In this document: piece after piece, positions 1-7,997 of the stretch
Layout: each line of letters begins with the position of its first letter
Position numbering within the stretch: position 1 is the stretch's first letter
Assembly: GCA_031459235.1 (NCBI GenBank)
Contig: JAVKIY010000005.1
Location: 6,559 to 70,558 of the forward strand
Origin: Candidatus Fervidifonticultor tertius
Lineage (GTDB): Bacteria; Sysuimicrobiota; Sysuimicrobiia; Sysuimicrobiales; Humicultoraceae
Length of the DNA stretch: 64,000 nucleotides
Direction: 5' to 3'
The notes under the pieces: model-generated
What the model was told of the DNA's origin: nothing
The model's input: the letters and a program-made list of their open reading frames with translations, nothing else
Databases searched by the model: none
Program-made: the position numbers and the translations under genes

Positions 1-2
1 AC

Positions 3-947
3 TCCTCGCACGTACGCGGGGAAGGCGACACGCTGGTCGGGGCGATCGAGGAAGCGCTGGAGGTGGGCCGGCGGGCGGGGGTGCCGGTGCAGTTGAGCCA
101 CCACAAGGCCAGCGGCCGGCGGAACTGGGGACGCGTCGCGCAGACGCTGGCAATGGTGGACCGCGCGCGGGCGGCGGGGCAGGACGTGCTCGCCGACCAG
201 TACCCGTACACCGCGGGCAGCACGACGCTGGCCGCGACCGTGCCCGCGTGGGCGATGCAGGGCGGGCTGGACGCGTTGCTGGCGCGCCTGGCCGACCCGC
301 CGACGCGCGAGCGCATCCGGACCGAGATGGCCGGCGGCGGCGCGCCGGGCGAAAGGGAGTTCGAGCCGGAAGCGATCATGATCAGCGCCCTCCCCCCGGG
401 TCCCGACTCGGCCTGCGAGGGCATGATGCTCACCGAGATCGCGGCGGCGCGTGGCGAGGAGCCGGTGGACGCGGCGCTCGGCCTGCTCGAGCGGCACCGC
501 GGCGCGGTGCAGATGGTGGTCTTCTCAATGTCCGAGGACGACGTGCGATGCGTGATGCGCCACCCGGCGGTGGCCATCGCGAGCGACGGCTGGACGCTCG
601 CGCCCGAGGCGGGCGGCCGGCCGCACCCCCGCAGCTACGGCACCTACGCGCGCGTGCTGGGCCGCTACGTCCGCGAGGAGGGCGTGCTCCGACTGGAGGA
701 GGCGGTGCGCAAGATGACGTCGCTGCCGGCCCGGCGCCTGGGTCGGCGCGATCTCGGGCTCATCCGGCCAGGCTGCGCGGCCGACCTCGTGGTCTTCGAC
801 CCGGACCGCGTCGCCGACCTGGCGACGTTCCAGGAGCCCCACCGCTTCTGCGCGGGCGTCTCCCACGTCGTGGTGGGGGGCCAGCTCGTGATCGAGGACG
901 GCCGCGACACCGGCGCGCGGGCCGGGCGCGTGCTGCGGCGCGCGTGA
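3..947 (+). CDS. N-acyl-D-amino-acid deacylase family amidohydrolase (5' truncated by window edge)
   Basis: Frame is open from position 3 (SSHVRGEGD). Motifs QLSHHK, DQYPYTAGST, IASDG, HPRSYGTY, EEAVRKMTSLPA and G..ADLVVFDP are typical of D-aminoacylases. Confidence 0.9.
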   Translation, partial: SSHVRGEGDTLVGAIEEALEVGRRAGVPVQLSHHKASGRRNWGRVAQTLAMVDRARAAGQDVLADQYPYTAGSTTLAATVPAWAMQGGLDALLARLADPPTRERIRTEMAGGGAPGEREFEPEAIMISALPPGPDSACEGMMLTEIAAARGEEPVDAALGLLERHRGAVQMVVFSMSEDDVRCVMRHPAVAIASDGWTLAPEAGGRPHPRSYGTYARVLGRYVREEGVLRLEEAVRKMTSLPARRLGRRDLGLIRPGCAADLVVFDPDRVADLATFQEPHRFCAGVSHVVVGGQLVIEDGRDTGARAGRVLRRA

Positions 948-977
948 TGCGACACCGGGACGGCGAGCGGGGCCCCG

Positions 978-1550
978 CTATCGCGGGTTGACCTGCGCGT
1001 CCAGGTCTCGGAACACCCGCACGAACGGCGACGAGAGTGTTTGCTCGAACTCCTCGAGCCACCGCTCGATGTACGGCCGGTCGAGGCACTGTACCCTTGC
1101 CAGAATCGCCCGCGCATCCTCCACGTCCCTGGGGCGGCCAGCGACGATCTTGTGGATGAGGACGTCCTCGGGAGCGGCGAAGCGCACCGGAACGCCCCCG
1201 ATCGGCACCGCCCGGGTGCGCATCATGGCCTCCTGTTCGTAGGCCGACACGGAGAGAATGACATCCACGTCGATCTGCGTGGTTGGGTCGGTGCACGGCA
1301 GGACGTAGTTCCTGCGGGCCAGCTCCTCGGCCCCGACGGCCGGCATCAGCCCGAGGCCGCGTACCACACTCAGGAGTTCGTTGAGCCGGTCGGGACCTCT
1401 GGCGACCGTGATGTCGATGTCGCGGGTCAGGCGGGGCTCACCGTAGAGGATGGCCGCATGCCCCCCGATGACCATGTAAGGGATACCGCCAGCCTCAAGC
1501 GCGCTCGCGATCCTCGCCAGGAGTGCGGAGACGGTTGATGGCTCTGGCAT
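978..1550 (-). CDS. Pol-beta-like nucleotidyltransferase (DUF6036/AbiEii-like), putative toxin
   Basis: YMVIGGHAA..YGEPRLTRDIDI (GG plus DxD) and C-terminal EDVLIHKIVAGRPRDVED. ATG at 1550. Confidence 0.85.
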   Translation of the reverse strand: MPEPSTVSALLARIASALEAGGIPYMVIGGHAAILYGEPRLTRDIDITVARGPDRLNELLSVVRGLGLMPAVGAEELARRNYVLPCTDPTTQIDVDVILSVSAYEQEAMMRTRAVPIGGVPVRFAAPEDVLIHKIVAGRPRDVEDARAILARVQCLDRPYIERWLEEFEQTLSSPFVRVFRDLDAQVNPR

Positions 1551-1719
1551 ACCGGATGTCCGGGTGCAGGTCTTCCGGGTCACGGGGACGATCGAACGCT
1601 CCCATCTCCCGGGCGAACCGCCACAACTGTTCCAGGACGGCCAGGTTTTCCCTGTAGCCTGCCGGGCGGCGGAGCCGTTGCAGCTCGAAGGCATCGAGCT
1701 CCGGCGTGCGCTTGATCAT
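1495..1719 (-). CDS. 74-aa helical hypothetical protein, putative antitoxin partner
   Basis: SD-like AAGGGGGG before ATG 1719, non-shadow amino-acid composition, overlaps the start of the NTase gene. Confidence 0.75.
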   Translation of the reverse strand: MIKRTPELDAFELQRLRRPAGYRENLAVLEQLWRFAREMGAFDRPRDPEDLHPDIRYARAINRLRTPGEDRERA

Positions 1720-1738
1720 CGGGACCCCCCTTACGCCT

Positions 1739-1747
1739 ACTGTACCA
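1739..1747 (-). promoter_or_regulatory. Putative extended -10 promoter (TGgTACAGT) for the small protein/NTase pair
   Basis: TGnTAnnnT about 20 nt upstream of ATG 1719. Confidence 0.4.
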
Positions 1748-1767
1748 GTTCCCGCGGGCTCCCTTCG

Positions 1768-2349
1768 TCAGCCGTGGAGATCGGACGGCCGGTCCACATC
1801 CGCGGCAGCCTCCTCGGGCAGCGAGATGATCACCGCGTCCGCGGCGTGAGCCTCGACGACCGCGCGCGCGCCGCGGTCCCCGTGCAGGGCGAGTAGCTCG
1901 GGGAACACGGCGCGCGCGAAGTACACCGGCGGCCCCACGACGCCACGCGCACGCGACGCCGCGACGAGGGCGTCCGCGGCCCGCGCGATCAGGCTGTCGA
2001 TGACCGCCGCGGTCACGAACGGCTGGTCGCCCAGCAGGATCACCGCGCCGTCCGCCTCGGGCGCCACGACGCGGATGCCGACCCGCAGCGAGCTCGCGAT
2101 GCCCTCGCGATGGTCGGGGTTGTGCACGACCCGCACCGGCAGGTCGGCCAGGAGCGGCGCATAGAGGGGCGCGTCGGCACCGAGCACCACCACGACCTCC
2201 CGGCAGCGGGAGGCGAGCGCCGCCCGCGCCACCCGGCGCAACATGGCCTCGCCGTCGATCGCCAGCGCGAGCTTCGGCCGCCCCATGCGCGTGCTGCTGC
2301 CGGCGGCCAGGACGACCGCGCAGACGCGCGCCGCTCGCGGCGGTGTCAT
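1768..2349 (-). CDS. mocA: Molybdenum cofactor cytidylyltransferase
   Basis: VLAAGSSTRMGRPK, LGDQP, GDRGAR, DVD motifs; lies next to xdhC. Confidence 0.88.
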   Translation of the reverse strand: MTPPRAARVCAVVLAAGSSTRMGRPKLALAIDGEAMLRRVARAALASRCREVVVVLGADAPLYAPLLADLPVRVVHNPDHREGIASSLRVGIRVVAPEADGAVILLGDQPFVTAAVIDSLIARAADALVAASRARGVVGPPVYFARAVFPELLALHGDRGARAVVEAHAADAVIISLPEEAAADVDRPSDLHG

Positions 2350-3518
2350 CCTCGCCCGGCGGAGGCAGGAGGCGGCGTCGCGGGTGTCTGGTCGGGCGCC
2401 TGGTCAAGCGCTTCGTGGATGGGCCCGCGGCGGTCGCGCAGCAGGCCGCCAGGCCGGCCGCGCGCGACGGCCAGGATCTCGGCGAGCGCCGCGAGTGCGA
2501 TCTCCTCCGGCGTCTCGCTACCGATGTCGAGGCCCACCGGCCCGTAGATCTGCCTGCGGCGCTCCGGCGAGATCACCACGCCCTCGGCCGCAAGCTCGCG
2601 CAGGATCTTCTCGGTCCGCGCGCGCGGGCCGAGCATCCCGAGGTAGGCGGCCGGCGTGGGGAGGAACGCGCGCAGCAGGTTGCGGTCGTGGATGTAGTTG
2701 TGCGTCATCACCAGCACGAAGGTGTGCGCGTCGGTGGGCACCATGCGGCCCGCGTCGGGGAACTCTGTGCGGACGAACGTCGCGCCCGGGAAGCGCTCGG
2801 CGGTCAGGAACGCCTCGCGCCGGTCCACGACCAGCACCCGCCAGCCGAGCTGGCCCGCCAGCCGGACGACCGGGATGGCATCGTGCCCGGCCCCGCACAC
2901 GACCAGGCGGTAGGGCGGGTGGAGGACCTCGACGAACAGGCGCGCGGCGCGGCCCCGCACGGTCACCGGGTGGACGGCCGTGCGCAGCTCGCGCATCGCC
3001 TGACGCGCCAGGCGGTCGGCCTCGGCATCCAGCGCCGCCTCCCCGAGGGTGCCCTCGCGGCGGCCGTCCGGCCACACGAGCGCGCGGGCGCCCACCGGCC
3101 CGCCGTCACGCTCGACGACCGTCACGACCGCGACGGCCCCCTCGCTCGCGAGTGCCGCGCGGGCGGCCCGCCAGAACGGGTCGTCGCCGCGGGCCGGTTC
3201 GACGAACACCTCGATCGCCCCGTTGCACCCCAGGCCCAGCCCCCACACCGCGTCGTCGTCCGCGGTGAGGTCGTAGAGCATCAGGCGCGGGACGCCGGAG
3301 GCGAGCACCTCGGCGCCGACCACCGCGACGTCGCCCTCCAGGCACCCGCCGCTGATGTTGCCGGCCTGCCGGCCGGACGGCGAGATGAGCAGGTGCGCGC
3401 CCGCGCGCCGGTAGGTGGACCCCCGCACGCCGATGATGGTGGCGAGCGCGGTCGCCTCGCCGGCCGCCGCGGCCTCGTCGAACGAGGCCAGGATGTCGGC
3501 CAGCTCCCTGCCGCTCAT
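2346..3518 (-). CDS. xdhC: XdhC/CoxI molybdoenzyme maturation factor
   Basis: GSTYRRAGA, ISGGCLE, GLGCNG, VMTHN, GPVGLDIGSETPEEIA. ATG 3518 overlaps the coxE stop. Confidence 0.92.
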   Translation of the reverse strand: MSGRELADILASFDEAAAAGEATALATIIGVRGSTYRRAGAHLLISPSGRQAGNISGGCLEGDVAVVGAEVLASGVPRLMLYDLTADDDAVWGLGLGCNGAIEVFVEPARGDDPFWRAARAALASEGAVAVVTVVERDGGPVGARALVWPDGRREGTLGEAALDAEADRLARQAMRELRTAVHPVTVRGRAARLFVEVLHPPYRLVVCGAGHDAIPVVRLAGQLGWRVLVVDRREAFLTAERFPGATFVRTEFPDAGRMVPTDAHTFVLVMTHNYIHDRNLLRAFLPTPAAYLGMLGPRARTEKILRELAAEGVVISPERRRQIYGPVGLDIGSETPEEIALAALAEILAVARGRPGGLLRDRRGPIHEALDQAPDQTPATPPPASAGRG

Positions 3519-4699
3519 GAGGTGCGCGCCAGGTAGCGCTCGAGCCGGCGCAGGCTCTCCAGGTTGTGGGCGGGCGCGAACACGTCCACGTGGGGCAGCG
3601 CGACGCGCATGCCCTGGCAGATGGGCTCGTAGCCCGGGCTCGCGAGCAGCGGGTTCAGCCAGATCACGCGGCCCGCCCGACGCCGCAACTCGGCCATCGC
3701 CTCCTCCAGCACCTCGGCGTCGCCGGTGTCCCACCCGTCGCTGATGATGATGGCGACGGTGCGGTGGTCCAGCGCCCCCGCGTGGCGGTCGAGGAACGCG
3801 CGGAGGCTACGCCCGATCTTGGTGCCGCCCGACCAGTCGGGCACCTGCCGCGCGACCTCGTCGAGCGCGGCGCGCAGGTCGGTGCGGGCGAGGGAGCCCG
3901 TGACCTCCGACAGCCCGGTGCTGAAGACGAAGGTTTCCACGCGGCCGACCGCGTGCTGGAGCGCGTAGACGAACTGGATCAGGAAGCGGCTGTAGAGGTC
4001 CATCGAGCCGCTCACGTCGCAGAGCAGTACCACGCGCGTCTTGGTGATCTTGCGCTCGCGCCGCAGGATCTCGAGGATCTCGCCGCCCCGGCGCAGGCTG
4101 TGCCGGATGGTACGCCGCAGGTCCACCAGGTGGCCGCGCCGCGCGGCCCGCGTGCGGCGCGACAGCCGCGTCGCGACCCGGCGCGCGATCGCGAAGACGA
4201 CCGCGGTGATCTCGTCGAGCTCGTCCGCGGAGAACGTGCTGAAGTCCTTGCGCGTGAGCACCTCGACCGGACTGTAGGCCGGCATGGACTCGCCGTCGGC
4301 GGCCGCCTCGCCCGCCTCCTCCCAGTCGAGCAGCGCGCGGTCGAGCGCCTGCTGGCCATCGGCCGCGGTCTCGCCCGGGGCGCGGCCGTCGGCGGGCTGC
4401 TCATCGCCGGTCGGCGGCATCCAGTACTCCCAGAACGCCGCGTCGAAGATGCGCTGCGCGTCCGGGCTCGAGGCGAGCACTGCCCGCAGGGCCAGGTACG
4501 CCTCGCGCCGGTCCGCCAGGTCCACGGCGTGCAGCGCGCGCAGGGCATCCGCCGCCTCCGCCGCGCCCACGGACAGCCCCCGGCGGCGCAGCAGGCGGCA
4601 GAAGCCCACCACGTGGGCGACCAGGGTGCCCCGGCGCGGCCGGTCTAGCGCCGCGGCTGGAGCCGGTCGGCGATCCTCGCGACCGCTTCGCCGTTCCAC
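3515..4699 (-). CDS. coxE: CoxE-type VWA domain protein
   Basis: CDVSGSMD MIDAS motif, WSGGTKIG, ISDGWDTG, WLNPL. GTG 4699 is preceded by GGAGGGAG (start uncertain). Confidence 0.9.
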   Translation of the reverse strand: MERRSGREDRRPAPAAALDRPRRGTLVAHVVGFCRLLRRRGLSVGAAEAADALRALHAVDLADRREAYLALRAVLASSPDAQRIFDAAFWEYWMPPTGDEQPADGRAPGETAADGQQALDRALLDWEEAGEAAADGESMPAYSPVEVLTRKDFSTFSADELDEITAVVFAIARRVATRLSRRTRAARRGHLVDLRRTIRHSLRRGGEILEILRRERKITKTRVVLLCDVSGSMDLYSRFLIQFVYALQHAVGRVETFVFSTGLSEVTGSLARTDLRAALDEVARQVPDWSGGTKIGRSLRAFLDRHAGALDHRTVAIIISDGWDTGDAEVLEEAMAELRRRAGRVIWLNPLLASPGYEPICQGMRVALPHVDVFAPAHNLESLRRLERYLARTS

Positions 4700-5595
4700 G
4701 GCCGTCCCGCTCCCTCCAGGGTTCGGATGCCGTCCAGGATGCCGTCGAGCCACTGCCCGCGCACCGCGGCCGCATCGTCCTGGTGCTTGAAGAGCACACC
4801 CAGCGTCTCCTCGACCGCGGCGCGGTCGAGGTGCTCGCGGTGGAGCGCGATGAGCGCCGCGCTCCAGTCGAGGGTCTCGGCGACGCCCGGGGTCTTCTCC
4901 AGACGCACCCGCCGCACGAGCTGCATGAAGGCGCTGATCTGCTCCGCGAGGTGCGCGTCGATCCCCGGCACCTTGCGCTGGACGATCTCGAGCTCCTTGT
5001 CGAAGGTCGGGTAGTCGATCCACAGGTACAGGCAGCGCCGGCGCAGCGCGTCGCCGAGCTCCCGCGTCCGGTTGCTGGTCAGGACCACATAGGGGACGGT
5101 CGTGGCCGCCACCGTGCCGATCTCCGGGATGGAGACCTGGAAATCGGAGAGCACCTCGAGCAGGAACGCCTCGAACTCCTCGTCGGCGCGGTCGATCTCG
5201 TCCACCAGCAGCACCGGCGCCTGCGCCCGCGTGATCGCGTCGAGCAGCGGCCGCTTGAGCAGGAACGCCTCGCTGAAGATCTCGGCCTCGCGCTCCGCGA
5301 CCGGCCGGTCGCTCCCCTCCATCAGCCGGATGTGGAGAAGCTGCTTCTGGTAGTTCCACTCGTACAGCGCGGTCGTCGCGTCCAGCCCCTCGTAGCACTG
5401 CAGGCGGATCAGGTCGGTCTCCAGCGCCCGCGCCATCACCTTGGCGACCTCGGTCTTGCCGACGCCCGCCGCGCCCTCGATGAGCAGCGGCTTGCGCAGC
5501 GCGATCGAGAGGTAGACGCTCGTCGCGATCGTGCGGTCGGCGATGTAGCCGCCGCGGGCGAGTAGCTCGTGAATGCGGGCAATCTCCGGATGCAT
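4645..5595 (-). CDS. coxD: CoxD-type MoxR AAA+ ATPase
   Basis: EGAAGVGKT Walker A, RLQCYEG, LLVDEIDRAD, TSNRTREL, ALRRRC. Confidence 0.92.
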   Translation of the reverse strand: MHPEIARIHELLARGGYIADRTIATSVYLSIALRKPLLIEGAAGVGKTEVAKVMARALETDLIRLQCYEGLDATTALYEWNYQKQLLHIRLMEGSDRPVAEREAEIFSEAFLLKRPLLDAITRAQAPVLLVDEIDRADEEFEAFLLEVLSDFQVSIPEIGTVAATTVPYVVLTSNRTRELGDALRRRCLYLWIDYPTFDKELEIVQRKVPGIDAHLAEQISAFMQLVRRVRLEKTPGVAETLDWSAALIALHREHLDRAAVEETLGVLFKHQDDAAAVRGQWLDGILDGIRTLEGAGRPWNGEAVARIADRLQPRR

Positions 5596-5642
5596 CCTCA
5601 ACTCCGACGACGTCGTCGTGGCGCGCAGTCGCCCTGCGGGGC

Positions 5643-6530
5643 CTAGCGCCCTCCCCTGGCGCGGCCACGGGCACGCTCGACCGCCGCCGCCAGCGCGCGC
5701 CTCGTCATGACCCGCCCCAGGTGCAGACGGTACTCGGCGCTTGCGTGCGGGTCTTCGTTCGCGACGATACCGTCGGTGGCCAGCCGCGCGGCATCCGCGA
5801 TCAACTCGTCGGTCGGCTCGCGGCCCACCAGCGCCGTCTCGACGCCGGTCGCCCGGTACGCCGCCGGCCCGACACCGGTCACGCCGACGCGCACATGTGC
5901 GCATCGCCCAGTCTCGTCGAGCCCGACCACCGCCGCCGCACCAGCGAGCGCAAAACCTGACGCTGGGTTCGGCATCTTGTGGTACGCGCCGCCGACCCTC
6001 GTGCCCGATACCGGCAGACGAACCTCCGTCAGTAGTTCGCCGGGATCGGCAGCGGTCGTCATGATGCCTCGAAAGAACTCGCGCGCGGGCACCGTCCGAT
6101 GACCGTCCGGGCCGTCCAGCGCGAACTCCGCGTCCAGCGCCAGCATCACCGCCGGGTAGTCCGCGGCCGGATCGCCGTGCACGAGTGCGCCGCCCAGGGT
6201 CCCCAGGTTGCGCACCTGCGGGTCACCAATCACGCCGGCGGTCTCCGCGAGGACCGGCGCGGCCCTGCGCACCGCCGGTGAGGACTCGATCATCCAATGG
6301 GTCGCCAGCGCCCCGATGATCAGCCAACCGTCACGCACGCGGATCTTACGCAGCGACGCGATCCGGCCGATGTCCACGACGTGCGCGGGCTCCAGGAGCC
6401 TCAGCTTCATCATCGGCAACAGACTCTGCCCGCCGGCCAGCACCTTCGCGGCATCTCCGTACGCCCGCAGCAGCCGCAGGGCGGCCTGCACGGTGCGGGG
6501 ACGATGATACGCGAACCCAGCTGGAATCAT
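5643..6530 (-). CDS. Molybdo-hydroxylase FAD-binding medium subunit (CoxM/CutM family), set 1
   Basis: LAGGQSLLPMMKLR, VRNLGTLGG, DPAAD motifs. Confidence 0.92.
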   Translation of the reverse strand: MIPAGFAYHRPRTVQAALRLLRAYGDAAKVLAGGQSLLPMMKLRLLEPAHVVDIGRIASLRKIRVRDGWLIIGALATHWMIESSPAVRRAAPVLAETAGVIGDPQVRNLGTLGGALVHGDPAADYPAVMLALDAEFALDGPDGHRTVPAREFFRGIMTTAADPGELLTEVRLPVSGTRVGGAYHKMPNPASGFALAGAAAVVGLDETGRCAHVRVGVTGVGPAAYRATGVETALVGREPTDELIADAARLATDGIVANEDPHASAEYRLHLGRVMTRRALAAAVERARGRARGGR

Positions 6531-6594
6531 GGTGATGTGCCCGCCCCGGTTCTCCTTCGATCTCCACGGGGGAACGCCTCCGCCCGTGGTCGTG

Positions 6595-6654
6595 TTGACA
6601 CAAGGTCCCCGACAGGGCCATTATAGAGCCATCTCGATCCTGAAACAAAGTTTC
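6595..6654 (+). promoter_or_regulatory. Sigma70-like promoter (TTGACA-N18-CATTAT) followed by palindromic operator GAAAC-N3-GTTTC
   Basis: Perfect TTGACA at 6595-6600 and an AT-rich inverted repeat at 6642-6654, just upstream of the IclR gene. Confidence 0.6.
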
Positions 6655-6681
6655 TCTATCCTGGGAGGGTATCGACCTCCA

Positions 6682-7476
6682 ATGCCGCAGGCACCCTGGG
6701 CGGCCGTCCTCGAGGCCCTCGCGGGCACTGCCGACGGTCTGACCGTGAGCGAACTGGCTGAGCGGCTCGCGACCCACCGGGGCGTCGTCTCCCGAACCCT
6801 CAGCACCTTGATCGCGCTGGACTACGTGCGTGCGAACGCCGCGGCCCGTCGGTACACGCTCGGCCCGTCGCTTGTCGCCCTCGCGTTCCGCTTCGCCGAC
6901 ATGACGGGGTTCCCAGGCGTGTGTCAGCCCGTGCTCCAGGACCTGGCGGACGCGACCGGTGAGCTCGTGCAACTGGCGGTGGCAGAGCGCCATCGCGTGC
7001 TCTTCATTGCCAAGGCCGAGGGGCGCGAGCAGCGCATCCGCATGGCCTCCCTCGTGGGCCAGACGCCGCCGCTGCACGCGACGGCTGCCGGCAAGCTCTA
7101 TCTAGCCAGCTTGCCGGAGGACGAAGCGCTGGAGATCGCCGCCGGGGCCGGACTGCGCTCCTTCACCCGTCGCACGATCACCACACTGGCGCGGCTCCGG
7201 CGCGAACTGCGCGCCGTGCGACGGCGCGGGTTCGCGACCGTCGAGGAAGAACTGTTCGACGGCGCCGGTGCGGTCGGGGTCCCCATTCGGCTGGCGCGGC
7301 AGGGCGGCCGCGTCGTCGGCGCCGTCGTGCTGTCCGGACCGACATTCCGGCTCCCCGCGGCGCGGAAGCGCGAGAGTGTACCGCTGCTCCTAACCGCGGC
7401 CGACCGGATGAGCCGTCTGTGGCCGCTTCACGCACCCGAAGACGTGTCCGCGGCGGCCGTCTGGAACCGGCGGTGA
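6682..7476 (+). CDS. IclR family transcriptional regulator
   Basis: HTH LTVSELAERL..HRGVVSRTL, PLHATAAGK, VRRRGFA, LSGP. SD GGGAGGG. Confidence 0.93.
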   Translation: MPQAPWAAVLEALAGTADGLTVSELAERLATHRGVVSRTLSTLIALDYVRANAAARRYTLGPSLVALAFRFADMTGFPGVCQPVLQDLADATGELVQLAVAERHRVLFIAKAEGREQRIRMASLVGQTPPLHATAAGKLYLASLPEDEALEIAAGAGLRSFTRRTITTLARLRRELRAVRRRGFATVEEELFDGAGAVGVPIRLARQGGRVVGAVVLSGPTFRLPAARKRESVPLLLTAADRMSRLWPLHAPEDVSAAAVWNRR

Positions 7477-7994
7477 GTCGCGGCCGACCGCAGACGCTCA
7501 TGCTCCCGCGGACGCGCCGGGTTCGAGTTGCCCTCGACGTCAACGGCCGTCGGCATGTGCTCCAGATCCCCCCCCACCACACGCTTCTCGATCTGCTGCG
7601 CGCGCATCTCGGACTGCTCGGCACCAAAGAGTCCTGTGGCGAAGGCGTCTGCGGCGCGTGCACGGTCTTGCTCGATGGCCGGCCCATCAACGCCTGTGTG
7701 ATGCTCGGGGCGTCGGCCCATGGCCGGTCGGTGACCACAGTCGAGGGGCTGAGCCAGGATGGGACGCTGCACCCGCTGCAACTGGCGTTCGTCGAGTGTG
7801 GCGCTATCCAGTGCGGGTACTGCACACCGGGCATGCTGCTCTCGGCCAAGGCGCTCCTCGACGTGTGCCCAGCCCCAAGCGACGAGCAGATCCGACAGAG
7901 CCTCTCGGGGAACCTCTGCCGCTGCACGGGGTTCGTCAAGATCATCGACGCGGTCCGCCTGGCCGCCCGACGGCTCGCCGCGGGGAGCGGGTAG
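7473..7994 (+). CDS. Molybdo-hydroxylase 2x[2Fe-2S] small subunit, set 1
   Basis: [32 protein letters not shown]. Start is GTG 7473 or ATG 7500. Confidence 0.93.
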   Translation: MSRGRPQTLMLPRTRRVRVALDVNGRRHVLQIPPHHTLLDLLRAHLGLLGTKESCGEGVCGACTVLLDGRPINACVMLGASAHGRSVTTVEGLSQDGTLHPLQLAFVECGAIQCGYCTPGMLLSAKALLDVCPAPSDEQIRQSLSGNLCRCTGFVKIIDAVRLAARRLAAGSG

Positions 7995-7997
7995 CAC

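Noticed and set aside
947-991. 14-codon ORF coupled by TGATG to the deacylase stop
   Set aside because: Too short, runs into the convergent NTase gene, and has no independent support.
3515-5674. 719-aa ORF suggesting an extended or fused CoxE
   Set aside because: The N-terminal 325 aa is an off-frame shadow of coxD; the VWA protein starts near 4699.
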